Assembly: GCA_023261645.1 (NCBI GenBank)
Contig: JAHFOO010000005.1
Span: 1,565 to 65,564 of the forward strand
Reading direction: 5' to 3'
Source of the DNA: Candidatus Moraniibacteriota bacterium
Lineage (GTDB): Bacteria > Patescibacteriota > Minisyncoccia > Moranbacterales > UBA1568
DNA: 64,000 nt
The notes beneath the pieces are model-generated. The model had not been told where the DNA came from. It did no database searches and worked only from the letters and a program-made list of their open reading frames with translations. Made by a program: the position numbers and the translations under genes. This document shows positions 1-9,276 of the stretch, piece by piece. Numbering within the stretch: the stretch's first letter is position 1; each line of letters starts with the position of its first letter.

Positions 1-770
1 GCGATAGTGATATTATATGTCGCTTCGGCGCCATGATAGATCGCCAGGTACCACGGATAGGAGACAATGGCTGTTTCAGAGAAAGAAATACCGAGACTCC
101 CTTCAGTCGGAGGATACTCTGTGCGAGGTGTTCCCGAAAGCGTCATCTCTTTGCCGAGACGGTCAATTTTCATTTCGAGGATCTTCCCTTTGTTCGCGAG
201 AATCGTGTCTGTCACTTGTTTGAGCGAAGTGATTTTCTCTCCGGCTATCGAGACCACTTCATCCCCCAATTGGAGTCCCATTTTCTCTGCCGGTGTTCCC
301 TTCTTCACTTCGAGAATCTGAATCTTGGCGTTCGGATACTCTGCTCGCTGTCCCGGATCGATCGGCTGTGGCAACCCCAGAGTAAACACGATCGATATGA
401 GCACCCATGCCAAAACGAAGTTCATAAAGACTCCTGCTCCAAGCACCTTCACACGAATCCAAGCCGATTTTCCGCCGAAACTGTCCGAATCGTGGTTCTG
501 ACCATCTTCCCCTTTGATCTTCACGAAACCACCGAGAGGCAACCAATTGAAAGAATACACCGTCTCCGGACTCTCCACCTCTTTACTTCCCCAAATGATC
601 TTGTACCGCCCAGTGGCATCATCTTTCACCACACCGAACATTCGTGGCGGAAAACCGAAACCAAACTCGTCTACTTTGATACCGTTTCGACGAGCTACCA
701 AGAAATGTCCCAATTCGTGAACAAGAACGAGAAGTCCGAGGAGAATAAGAAAAATAAGAACAGTCAGCAT
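1..770 (-). CDS. rseP: RIP metalloprotease RseP (site-2 protease, peptidase M50), C-terminal part cut by window start
   Basis: Reverse translation from ATG (complement of 768-770) gives MLTVLIFLILLGLLVLVHELGHFLVARRNGIKVDEFGFGFPPRMFGVV... with HExxH (HELGH) in the first hydrophobic helix and a PDZ-like segment (GTPAEKMGLQLGDEVVSIAGEKI). The frame stays open to position 1. It is absent from the ORF track because it runs off the window. Confidence 0.8.
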   Translation of the reverse strand, partial: MLTVLIFLILLGLLVLVHELGHFLVARRNGIKVDEFGFGFPPRMFGVVKDDATGRYKIIWGSKEVESPETVYSFNWLPLGGFVKIKGEDGQNHDSDSFGGKSAWIRVKVLGAGVFMNFVLAWVLISIVFTLGLPQPIDPGQRAEYPNAKIQILEVKKGTPAEKMGLQLGDEVVSIAGEKITSLKQVTDTILANKGKILEMKIDRLGKEMTLSGTPRTEYPPTEGSLGISFSETAIVSYPWYLAIYHGAEATYNITI

Positions 771-780
771 AAGGGTAATT

Positions 781-857
781 TCTAAATTATAATTTCTAAT
801 TCCTAATGACTTTGAGAAATTAGATATTAGGTATTGGATATTAGATATTCCGTTTTC
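781..857. promoter_or_regulatory. AT-rich intergenic module with the repeated motifs AATTTCTAATTCCTAAT and ATTAGATATTAGGTATT; candidate promoter or MITE-like element
   Basis: Seen in the sequence between the frr stop and the rseP start. The same motif family recurs at 28861-28986 and 51125-51232. A CCGTTT-tctt-AAACGG hairpin is adjacent at 846-861. Confidence 0.4.
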
Positions 858-1415
858 TTAAACGGTGAGTATTTCTTCTTCTTTCTTCTCGCGTATTGTC
901 TCAAGTTTTTTATTATATTCATCCACCACTTTCTGCAGTTCATCCTTGCCTTGAAATTTGTCGTCTTCTGAAATCTCACCTGCGTGCTCTTTCTCCTGAA
1001 TATCTTTCCAGAGGACTTCTCGAACCGTACGGATAGCGATACGACTTTCTTCGGCCTTGCTATTGAGGGTTTTCACCAAATCATGGCGACGATCCTCGGT
1101 CAATGCCGGCAATGTGATTCGCAAAGCCAAACCATCATTCCCAGGATTCAGGCCCAGGTCAGACTCCCGGAGAGCCGCTTCAATCAAGACGAGACTCCCC
1201 TTGTCCCATGGTTGTATGAGAATCTGACGCGCTTCTGGTATCATGATATTGGCTATCTGCCGGAGCGGTGTCTTGGTGCCATAATAATCCACCATCAGTC
1301 CCTCTACGAGTCCTGGGTTGGCCCTTCCCGTCCGGATCTTCGCCGCTTCAGAAGAAAAATGCTCGACAGCATTCTCGAAACTCGGTATCTTTTCGGCAAT
1401 CAATGCTTTCATCAT
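858..1415 (-). CDS. frr: ribosome recycling factor
   Basis: 185-aa ORF with a typical RRF length and sequence (MMKALIAEK...GLNPGNDG...RITLPALTEDRR...). Confidence 0.9.
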   Translation of the reverse strand: MMKALIAEKIPSFENAVEHFSSEAAKIRTGRANPGLVEGLMVDYYGTKTPLRQIANIMIPEARQILIQPWDKGSLVLIEAALRESDLGLNPGNDGLALRITLPALTEDRRHDLVKTLNSKAEESRIAIRTVREVLWKDIQEKEHAGEISEDDKFQGKDELQKVVDEYNKKLETIREKKEEEILTV

Positions 1416-1447
1416 ATATTTGCAACTAATGATATTACAAGAGAAAA

Positions 1448-2665
1448 TTATTTGAAATTCCGTAATCCGATAAATAGGTACTTCGGATCAAATGGATCAT
1501 AGGTGACAAATGACACGCCTCTATCCACATTCAATCCCGCCGTCATCCACGTAGCACCTCCATCAATCGATTTGTAAAATGCTTTCCCTGCGACGAATAC
1601 TATTTCATTCGAATTCTGCGGGTTAATAGCTATCGAACGGATGGGAAATTTCTTCGCACTCTCGATGATGTTTATCTCCTCCCAATATTTCCCGAAGTCC
1701 GCACTACGGAAGAGTCCGGCATTCGTTCCTGCATAGAGAACACCTGACTCACTCGGATCGCTTGCGATGGACACTATGCCTCGTGGCATCATATTCTCTT
1801 GACTGCGTTTGCTCAGATCGGTCGCTTGATTTTGAAGATTCTCTCCTTCATTCTTATTTTCTTTGGAAAACGCCCGAGATGCTCTGTCTTGGAGATCGGC
1901 TATTTCTTTTTGTTTCTGTACTTCCCAATCGATCCATTGTACGCCTCCGTCCGAAGAATAGTATACCTTCTGACCGAATACGAGCAAATACGTCACAAGA
2001 CTCTTCGAGGAATCAAAAGTGATATCCGATACAGTACCATTGATTTTGTTTCCGACATTTGCCCATGTCTCTCCGCTATCGATACTCTTCACGACCGTCC
2101 CCCCTGCCGTCCCTGCGAAAATGATATTCCTCTCTCGAAAATGTTGTGCCAGTGCCGTGATAGGTATCTTCTGTCCCGGTTCAGTATATACATCTCTCCA
2201 GGTTGCGCCTCCATCATCAGTACGAAATATCTTGCCCCATTCGCCTACCATACCGGAAGCGAACATACGATTATCCGGATCATTCTTATCAAGAATGAAA
2301 CTATAGATCCGCTTCGGAGGGAAAACGATCGGTGTCCACTGGTCCCCTCCGTTTTCTGTTTTGAAAATCCCGCTGTCAACCGTGCCGACATATATCGTCC
2401 CTGATTTCGTCGGATGATACGCGATGGAAAGTATATCCGCTTTGGTGATGCTGGATTTCGCATCGATCTGTGACTTCACTGCGAATGTCTTCCCGCTATC
2501 ATCCGTTTTCCAGAGACTCCCTGGTGTCGATTTGGTCGCGAAAGCATCTGTTTCCGATGATGTCGTAGTATTCTGATTGCCAGTCAGTGATACGGGAACA
2601 CCTCCCAAGGAACAACCAGAAAGAAGGAGAGAGCCAACCATCACCCCAAGAAATTGTTTTTTCAT
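1448..2665 (-). CDS. secreted lipoprotein with BNR/Asp-box repeats (Ycf48/sortilin-like beta-propeller)
   Basis: Start chosen at MKKQFLGVMVGSLLLSGCS (signal peptide plus lipobox LSGC). There are repeated S-x-D-x-G-x-T/W motifs (TDDGGATW, SDGGVQW, IDGGATW, TENGGDQW). Confidence 0.6.
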   Translation of the reverse strand: MKKQFLGVMVGSLLLSGCSLGGVPVSLTGNQNTTTSSETDAFATKSTPGSLWKTDDSGKTFAVKSQIDAKSSITKADILSIAYHPTKSGTIYVGTVDSGIFKTENGGDQWTPIVFPPKRIYSFILDKNDPDNRMFASGMVGEWGKIFRTDDGGATWRDVYTEPGQKIPITALAQHFRERNIIFAGTAGGTVVKSIDSGETWANVGNKINGTVSDITFDSSKSLVTYLLVFGQKVYYSSDGGVQWIDWEVQKQKEIADLQDRASRAFSKENKNEGENLQNQATDLSKRSQENMMPRGIVSIASDPSESGVLYAGTNAGLFRSADFGKYWEEINIIESAKKFPIRSIAINPQNSNEIVFVAGKAFYKSIDGGATWMTAGLNVDRGVSFVTYDPFDPKYLFIGLRNFK

Positions 2666-2768
2666 AGTATATATAAAGCTATAACTTTCCTCTATTGTAT
2701 CATATTTCCGTAAAAGTGTATTCTTGTATGAAAACAAAAAACTCCCAAAAGGAGTCTCTTGTTTTTTA

Positions 2769-2844
2769 TGGTGGGTGCGGGGGGAATCGAACCCTCGACC
2801 GTTGGCTTAAAAGGCCACTGCTCTACCGACTGAGCTACGCACCC
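2769..2844 (-). tRNA. tRNA-Lys(UUU)
   Basis: The reverse complement reads GGGTGCGTAGCTCAGTCGGTAGAGCAGTGGCCTTTTAAGCCAACGGTCGAGGGTTCGATTCCCCCCGCACCCACCA. The acceptor stem GGGTGCG/CGCACCC is a perfect 7-bp pair. The anticodon loop is CTTTTAA (UUU). The T-loop is TTCGATT and CCA is encoded. Confidence 0.85.
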
Positions 2845-2950
2845 ATTGAAAATGAAAAGATAACAAAGAAAAAAGCGTTCTTGTACATTCAAAACGCACT
2901 GTGATTGTAACAAGAAAACTTTCTACCGTCAACAAAGGAGGAAACTCGCA

Positions 2951-4276
2951 CTATTTCTTCACTGCTATCAGATCCTTGCCCACGAATGGACGGAGTACTT
3001 CCGGCACGACCACGCTCCCATCGGACTGCTGATAATTTTCGAGGATGGCGATGAGAACACGTGGACTCGGCAGAGCCGTGTTGTTGAGCATATACGCATA
3101 TTTTTTCTCACCCGTCTTCCCGTCTTTATATTTCACATTCAAACGACGCGACTGCCAATCGAGAAAATTCGAAGATGATCCCGTTTCACCATATCGGTTC
3201 ATTCCCGGCATCCACGCTTCCAAATCGAACGCTCTGTATTTACCCGCGCTCATATCACCGCTACAGATCTGCAATTTCCGATATGGAAGTCCGAGCTCGC
3301 GATGCATCTCTTCGGAGAGAGCAAGCATATCATCTTGAATCGTATTCACGGATTCGATATCGGCAGTGGTGATGATGACTTGTTCCACCTTCATAAATTC
3401 ATGCACCCTATACATTCCTTTGGTATCTTTCCCATAGGAACCGATTTCGCTTCGATAACACTGACTGAATCCAGCAAGCTTGAGTGGCAGATTTCTCTCT
3501 TCCAATACCTCTCCCGAATAATATGCAAGGAGCGATGGTTCGGATGTACCGACCAGAAATTTTTCCTCTTTGGCAAGGCTTCCGTCCGCTTCCTTATCTG
3601 AGGTAGCGACCTGATAGATTTCATCGATATTCCCGTCATATTCTGTACCCTTGAAATATCCGCTCCCAAAAAGAGGGAAACCTTTGACGAGAGTCGGCGG
3701 AATCATCGGAGTATATCCTTTGGCTGCCAATTTCTGTATGGCATACATCATCAATCCCATCACGAGGAGTGTCCCTTCATTTTTCAGATAATATCCGCGA
3801 TAGCCGGACACTTTCGTTCCCCGTTCCAGATCCAAAATATCAAGCATCTTCCCGAGTTCGATATGTGTCCGCGGGGGAAATGCGAATGTCGGCACCGCCC
3901 CGGAATTGAACACTTCGACATTCTCCGCATCGCTCTTACCGAGAGGGGTATCGGGCGAAACGATGTTCGGCACATTGGCCATCAGGACATCGAATTCGGT
4001 CTGTATCGCTTCGAGAAACGGCTCTCGCTCATCAAGCTTCATTTTGATCTCTTTTCCTTTGGCAATGATTTCCGCCCGCGCTTCTTCCGTCTCTGCTTGG
4101 TGTATCAGATCATTGATATCATTTTTCAGCGATTTCAGCTCTTCAATTTCCTGAAGGATGCTCCGTCTTTCCCCATCTTTTTTCAGAAGCATTTCGAGAT
4201 CCAAATCTATATGTTTGTTCGCGATAGCACCTGCTAGAGCATCTTTGTTGTCTCGGATGAACTGGATATCTAACAT
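2951..4276 (-). CDS. serS: seryl-tRNA synthetase
   Basis: 441 aa with an N-terminal coiled-coil arm plus a class II core (…FSQCYRSEIGSYGKDTKGMYRVHEF…GSSSNFLDWQSRRL…). Confidence 0.95.
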   Translation of the reverse strand: MLDIQFIRDNKDALAGAIANKHIDLDLEMLLKKDGERRSILQEIEELKSLKNDINDLIHQAETEEARAEIIAKGKEIKMKLDEREPFLEAIQTEFDVLMANVPNIVSPDTPLGKSDAENVEVFNSGAVPTFAFPPRTHIELGKMLDILDLERGTKVSGYRGYYLKNEGTLLVMGLMMYAIQKLAAKGYTPMIPPTLVKGFPLFGSGYFKGTEYDGNIDEIYQVATSDKEADGSLAKEEKFLVGTSEPSLLAYYSGEVLEERNLPLKLAGFSQCYRSEIGSYGKDTKGMYRVHEFMKVEQVIITTADIESVNTIQDDMLALSEEMHRELGLPYRKLQICSGDMSAGKYRAFDLEAWMPGMNRYGETGSSSNFLDWQSRRLNVKYKDGKTGEKKYAYMLNNTALPSPRVLIAILENYQQSDGSVVVPEVLRPFVGKDLIAVKK

Positions 4277-4310
4277 ACTCTTAGCTTTTTAGGCCTTTTT
4301 AATTAATATG

Positions 4311-4338
4311 TGGTCGCTAGTGGATTCGAACCAGTGAC
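4311..4338 (-). pseudogene. degenerate duplicate of the tRNA-Val 3' half (T-arm plus acceptor 3' strand)
   Basis: The minus strand reads GTCACTGGTTCGAATCCACTAGCGACCA, about 80 percent identical to the tRNA-Val 3' end GTCCCTGGTTCGAGTCCAGGTGCGACCA. It abuts the intact tRNA. Confidence 0.45.
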
Positions 4339-4341
4339 TAG

Positions 4342-4415
4342 TGGTCGCACCTGGACTCGAACCAGGGACCTTTCGAATGTGAATCGAACGCTCTAACCAA
4401 CTGAGCTATGCGACC
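4342..4415 (-). tRNA. tRNA-Val(CAC)
   Basis: The reverse complement reads GGTCGCATAGCTCAGTTGGTTAGAGCGTTCGATTCACATTCGAAAGGTCCCTGGTTCGAGTCCAGGTGCGACCA. This is a 74-nt cloverleaf with an anticodon loop TTCACAT (CAC), a T-arm CCTGG-TTCGAGT-CCAGG and an acceptor stem GGTCGCA/TGCGACC. The 3' CCA is not encoded. Confidence 0.85.
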
Positions 4416-4423
4416 AATGATTG

Positions 4424-4521
4424 TAATTATACCTTACCCAGCAACCTGCCTACGGCAGGCAGGCATGAATTGCAGTGTTCTAACCTTTATCCGCCTTAGG
4501 CGGGAACTGAGCTAAGCGACC
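4424..4521 (-). pseudogene. tRNA-like degenerate element: tRNA-Val 5' half interrupted by a hairpin, then a second hairpin
   Basis: The minus strand reads GGTCGCTTAGCTCAGTT[CCCGCCTAAGGCGGATAAA]GGTTAGAAC... This matches the tRNA-Val acceptor 5' strand plus D-arm, with a 19-nt hairpin inserted in the D-loop. It is followed by CCTGCC-GTA-GGCAGG. No anticodon arm or T-arm can be folded. Confidence 0.35.
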
Positions 4522-4539
4522 AAAAAGTATCTTGACTAT

Positions 4540-6003
4540 TTATTCTTCTTTCGCTCTCACTGATGGAAAAATAACCGTTTCTCGGACAAACCGATTCATC
4601 AGGATGGCAAAGAGGCGTTCACTCAGACCGAACCCGCACGCCGGAGGCATACCATATTCGAGCGCTTGCAAGAAATCTTCATCAATCATCATCCCTTCGG
4701 CGTCCCCTGCGGCGCGGAGCTTCATCTGCTCTTCGAAACGCTCACGCTGATCAATCGGATCATTCAATTCCGAAAATCCGTTACCGAGTTCACTCTTTGC
4801 GGCAATCGGCTGGAAACGCAGTGTCTTGCGAGGGTTATTCGGATCGAGTTTAGCAAGCGGTGAAACTTCTATCGGATGACCAATCAGGAAACAAGGTTGG
4901 ATCAGCTTTTGACGCACCGTTTTCTTATACAGAGTATCGATCATACGACCCTTGCCATAATTCTTTTCGTATTTGATACCGAGTTCATCCGCTTTCTTTT
5001 TCAATTCCGGAATACCGACATCGGAAGACAGGTCGATACCTGTCTCTTTCTTGAATTCCGTGAAATAATCCACCTGTAAAAACGGACTGTTCCAATCGAT
5101 GATATTTTCCTCATATTGTGACAGCATTGTATCACCAAGAATCGCACGGGCTACATTCTTGTACAATTTCTCTGTCAACGCCATACCCTGTTCCATATTC
5201 ATATATGCGGCATAGAATTCCATATGATCGAATTCCTGCAAATGTTCCCGATCGATGCCTTCATTACGGAAAACGCGCCCGATCTCAAACACGCGCTCAT
5301 AGCCACCGACGAGCAGACGCTTGAGAGAAAGTTCCAGTGAAATACGCAGATAAAAATCCTGATCCAGTGCATTATGGTGCGTCACGAACGGCTCAGCCTC
5401 CGCTCCTCCGGGAGTGTGTTCGAGCACCGGTGTCTGTACCTCGAGAAAATTTTCTCCCACAAGTGTGGCCCGTATCGTCTGCCAAAAAATATTTTTCTTT
5501 ACAAAGAGTTCTCGTATTTCCGGATTGATGAGGAGATCGAGGTACCGACGACGAAGAAGTTCTTCTTCATCTTTCAATCCATAAAATTCTGTCGGTATCG
5601 GCCGGAGAGATTTCGAAAGCATTTGCCACTTTTCGACACGTACGCTTTTTTCATCCTGTTTTGTCAAAAATACCAGACCGGTCAGAGAAAGGAAATCACC
5701 GAGATCAACCGTTTCCTTGAACAGAAGGAATGCTTCATCGCCCAGCGTTTCCAAAGAGAAAAATCCCTGAAGCTTGCCGGATCCATCCTCGAGATGACAA
5801 AAGGCGATTTTACCCATCACGCGGAGCGACCGGACACGACCAACAACAGACACTTTTTCATCAGTACCGCTCAAACGATCAAACTGATCGAGCACATCCT
5901 TATTCGTGTGCGTCCGAACAACTGATTCCGGATAAGCCGTACCGAATGCTGTCGTCAATTTGGTAAGTTTATCTTTTTTTATCGAAATAATATCTTCACG
6001 CAT
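4540..6003 (-). CDS. lysS: lysyl-tRNA synthetase, class II
   Basis: 487 aa with an OB anticodon-binding N-terminus and class II motifs (…FRNEGIDREHLQEFDHMEFY…GFGLSERLFAIL…). Confidence 0.95.
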   Translation of the reverse strand: MREDIISIKKDKLTKLTTAFGTAYPESVVRTHTNKDVLDQFDRLSGTDEKVSVVGRVRSLRVMGKIAFCHLEDGSGKLQGFFSLETLGDEAFLLFKETVDLGDFLSLTGLVFLTKQDEKSVRVEKWQMLSKSLRPIPTEFYGLKDEEELLRRRYLDLLINPEIRELFVKKNIFWQTIRATLVGENFLEVQTPVLEHTPGGAEAEPFVTHHNALDQDFYLRISLELSLKRLLVGGYERVFEIGRVFRNEGIDREHLQEFDHMEFYAAYMNMEQGMALTEKLYKNVARAILGDTMLSQYEENIIDWNSPFLQVDYFTEFKKETGIDLSSDVGIPELKKKADELGIKYEKNYGKGRMIDTLYKKTVRQKLIQPCFLIGHPIEVSPLAKLDPNNPRKTLRFQPIAAKSELGNGFSELNDPIDQRERFEEQMKLRAAGDAEGMMIDEDFLQALEYGMPPACGFGLSERLFAILMNRFVRETVIFPSVRAKEE

Positions 6004-6155
6004 ATTTTTTCATTGAAAACCTCGCCCATACAAGCGTATTGTACCCTATCTTAGTGAAAATACAAGTTTCAGAGAAAGAGAGGAGAATATCTTCATTTCA
6101 AAAATCCCGAGCTTTCGCCCGGGATAGTTATGAAGAAACACTACATCATCAAACA

Positions 6156-6611
6156 CTACTCGATCGAAACGATTTTATACTTGATGACGCCTGCCGGAAC
6201 ATTCACTTCTACCGTATCGCCCTTGCCCTTGCCGATAAACTCTTTTCCGAGAGGAGACTCATTGGAAATCTTGCCCGAAGCCGGATCCACTTCATTGGAA
6301 CCGACAATCTCGAAGTGAAGCTCTTTGTTGTTCACCTTGACCACAATCTTCGAGCCGATGCCGATCATCGAAGAACTTTTCTGTTTGGTAGCGACGACAG
6401 AATCTTTCAACATATCTTCGAGTTCTGCAATGCGGGATTCATTCTCGTTCTGATGGTGTTTGGCCTCGCTGTATTCCGCATTCTCGGAGAGGTCGCCTTG
6501 TTCCTTCGCTTCCTTGATGGCAGAAGCGATTTCATGACGAATTTTCATCCTGCGTTCATCCAGCTCGGCATTCAATTTTTTCAAACCCTCCTCAGTAAAA
6601 ATTCTCGACAT
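6156..6611 (-). CDS. greA: transcription elongation factor GreA
   Basis: 151 aa with an N-terminal coiled coil carrying acidic residues (…DLSENAEYSEAK…) plus an FKBP-like C-terminal domain. Confidence 0.9.
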   Translation of the reverse strand: MSRIFTEEGLKKLNAELDERRMKIRHEIASAIKEAKEQGDLSENAEYSEAKHHQNENESRIAELEDMLKDSVVATKQKSSSMIGIGSKIVVKVNNKELHFEIVGSNEVDPASGKISNESPLGKEFIGKGKGDTVEVNVPAGVIKYKIVSIE

Positions 6612-6796
6612 GATATTGCATTCATTTTATTTATTAAACAAAATCTTCTTTCCTAAGGGAGAGAAGATACTACAAAGTCCATCCATAGTACCAAAAATAG
6701 GGCAAATGTCAATACCTTCTTTCTCTTCAAAGAATAATGCTCATTTCAGCCATTTAATCGGTATAATTACTACTCAATCTTTCTCTCTTCTGCTCA

Positions 6797-8698
6797 TCAT
6801 TTTTGAGAAATGTCTGCTTGAGAGAAATACCAATCATAGACATCTCGTGTGACGGGCACCGTATTATATCCTTCCGTTCCCTGCCCTTCTACAAGCACAA
6901 TCATAGCCAGACTGGGATTCTCAAAAGGCGCGAAAGAAACGAACCAACCATGCGTCTTGTTGTTATTGCCGAATTGCGCCGTACCTGTCTTTCCGGCGAC
7001 TGCCACCGAAAGGGTTTTCAAAGATTGAGCAGTTCCCTCTGTCACCGTTTCTCTCATCCCTTCGCGTACGGTGCGGAGGATATCTTCGCTGATAAAATCT
7101 TTCCTCAGAATTTCTGTAGGAACCTTCGTCACCACACCGCCTGCAGAACGTATCTGAGAAACGACCTTCGGAACATACAGTGTTCCTCCATTGGCGATAG
7201 CTGAAACGGAGTTGAGTATCTGAAGAGGTGTCGCTGTGAGAAATCCTTGTCCGATGGCTGCATGATAATTATCACCGATATACCACCGCTCTCCGACAGT
7301 ATTCTTCTTCCACTCCGGATCGGGAATGAAACCATTTGCTTCTCCCGGCATATCGATATTCGTCTTGCTCCCATACCCGAAAAGATTCTCATATTTCTTC
7401 ATACGATCCATACCGAGTCCTGTGATACCGCCATATCCCCCACCGATCGTATAAAAGAAGATGTCATTGCTCTGCGCGATCGCCTGACGGACAGTGCTCG
7501 GCTCGTGAGCTGTCCAATCACGGAAACTGAAATTACCTATCCGAAGCACGCCACCCAAACCATTGATGACAGTGGCGGGAGTGATGACACCCTCCGCAAG
7601 TGCTGCAGATGCAAGAACTGGTTTGATCGTCGATCCCGGTGGATATTCTCCGGAGAGCGCACGATTGAAAAGAGGAAGCGATGGATCATCGATGAGAGAT
7701 TGATACTCCTTCGAGGAGATTCCTGTGGCAAAGAGATTGTTGTCAAAACTCGGCAAACTGACTATGGCACGCACAGCCCCGTTCCTCGGATCTATCGCTA
7801 TCGCTGCCGCTTGCTTCAGATTCTCTTTCTCAAGAAGTGCTTGCAGACTATCAGAAATCTTTTTTTGCAGATCAGCATCGATATTGAGTATCAGATCGCT
7901 CCCAGGAACAGGAGCTACGATACCGAGCTCTTTCTTCACATGCCCGAGAGAATCCACTTCCGCCTGCTGAAAACCGTGTGTCCCTCGAAGTGATGATTCG
8001 TAGCTTTTTTCTATTCCCTGTTTGCCGATGGAATCAGTCAGTAGATAATCAGGATGAGAGATAAGTTCTTCTTTGCGGATTTTCCCTTCATACCCAAGAA
8101 GATGAGAAAATATGAGGCTATCGGCATAATGACGCTGTGTCGTTTTGTAGAGACTCACTCCTGGTAATTCCAGACTTCTGCTCAGGAAGAGAAGCGTCTC
8201 TTCTTGGCTCACCTGTGCCTTAAGAAGGATTGGTTGGAGCGAACGCTGATCCATCTTCTGGAAAATATCATCAAGCATTCCTTCATCCAATGAGAAAGTT
8301 TGGGTGAGGAGGCGAGCCATTTCATCCTGTTTTTCTTTTTCTTTCGGGATATCGATCGGCACGATAATCGCGTCCATACTCGGCGTATTGGAAACCAATT
8401 GTTTGCCAAAACGGTCATAGATGATACCGCGCGGAGCCGGAATAACGATGGCACGGAGACTGTTACGTTCGGCTATCTCTTGATATTCCGCTCCCTTGAA
8501 AACATTCAGATAGACGACACGTGAGAAAAGTATACAGAACACCATGATCATAAACCACCAGAAGAAATTTATAAAAAAACGATTGAGTGGCCACTCGATT
8601 TTGTCGGCATCAGCCTCAGACATCGTCAACACGGCATCTTCGATTTCCATACCGCGTCTCTCCAGCTCATATTTATTTTTTTTGACGAAAAGTGACAT
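6797..8698 (-). CDS. mrdA: penicillin-binding protein 2 (elongasome transpeptidase)
   Basis: 633 aa with an N-terminal TM helix, a PBP dimerisation domain and a transpeptidase domain (STIKP … KTGTAQ). It lies in the mreBCD-pbp2 arrangement. Confidence 0.85.
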   Translation of the reverse strand: MSLFVKKNKYELERRGMEIEDAVLTMSEADADKIEWPLNRFFINFFWWFMIMVFCILFSRVVYLNVFKGAEYQEIAERNSLRAIVIPAPRGIIYDRFGKQLVSNTPSMDAIIVPIDIPKEKEKQDEMARLLTQTFSLDEGMLDDIFQKMDQRSLQPILLKAQVSQEETLLFLSRSLELPGVSLYKTTQRHYADSLIFSHLLGYEGKIRKEELISHPDYLLTDSIGKQGIEKSYESSLRGTHGFQQAEVDSLGHVKKELGIVAPVPGSDLILNIDADLQKKISDSLQALLEKENLKQAAAIAIDPRNGAVRAIVSLPSFDNNLFATGISSKEYQSLIDDPSLPLFNRALSGEYPPGSTIKPVLASAALAEGVITPATVINGLGGVLRIGNFSFRDWTAHEPSTVRQAIAQSNDIFFYTIGGGYGGITGLGMDRMKKYENLFGYGSKTNIDMPGEANGFIPDPEWKKNTVGERWYIGDNYHAAIGQGFLTATPLQILNSVSAIANGGTLYVPKVVSQIRSAGGVVTKVPTEILRKDFISEDILRTVREGMRETVTEGTAQSLKTLSVAVAGKTGTAQFGNNNKTHGWFVSFAPFENPSLAMIVLVEGQGTEGYNTVPVTRDVYDWYFSQADISQK

Positions 8699-8719
8699 TG
8701 CAGATAGTGCTCAAGTGAA

Positions 8720-9271
8720 TTATTTCATCCGGAGAGTTTCTCCTTGGGCGATAAAGTCCATATATTTCTCAAACCGCCTGATGAGGAAGTATACACAAAC
8801 GAAAAGCGGGATGCAAAGAAGCATCGAGAGAAAAACATCCCGAAAAGGCACAAGAAAGAAAAGGGTGGCGACTATCTCCTTCGTCCACAAGAATGGATTT
8901 CCTCTGGAGAAAATAAATTCAAAAAACGTAAATCCCAGAACACCGAGAGAAGCAAACAAAGCATATAGGGCCATATTGATGCCACGGTATTCGAGCAAAA
9001 GTCGCCGAGAGAGAAAACTCAACACATACACGAGGAGTACAGCGTACAAAGTGAACATCCCCTGCGTTTCGGAAGCGACGATATCAAAAAAAGCTGTGAG
9101 CGGAATGGTCATAAAAAGCACGCGCGGAAAACTGACAAGGAGTGCCCATGCTACGACCGAATCGATAAGGACAATCGGAGCAGAAATCCATGGGAAAAGG
9201 ACGTCCAAGAAAGAGAATTCAAAGAAAACAAGTACCAGGATGAAAAATAAACGAAAAAAAAATACTTTCAT
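8720..9271 (-). CDS. mreD: rod shape-determining protein MreD
   Basis: 183-aa polytopic membrane protein directly downstream of mreC in the conserved order. Confidence 0.7.
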   Translation of the reverse strand: MKVFFFRLFFILVLVFFEFSFLDVLFPWISAPIVLIDSVVAWALLVSFPRVLFMTIPLTAFFDIVASETQGMFTLYAVLLVYVLSFLSRRLLLEYRGINMALYALFASLGVLGFTFFEFIFSRGNPFLWTKEIVATLFFLVPFRDVFLSMLLCIPLFVCVYFLIRRFEKYMDFIAQGETLRMK

Positions 9272-9276
9272 ATTAT

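Noticed and set aside
33-785. 250-aa plus-strand ORF at the window start
   Set aside because: It lies antisense to a clear RseP/M50 protease reading frame on the minus strand. Its translation is Arg/Cys/His-rich with no protein-like features.
4424-4521. Functional tRNA (or intron-containing tRNA) upstream of tRNA-Val
   Set aside because: Only the acceptor 5' strand and D-arm are recognisable. No anticodon arm or T-arm can be paired, and the D-loop carries a 19-nt hairpin insertion. I treat it as a degenerate remnant.
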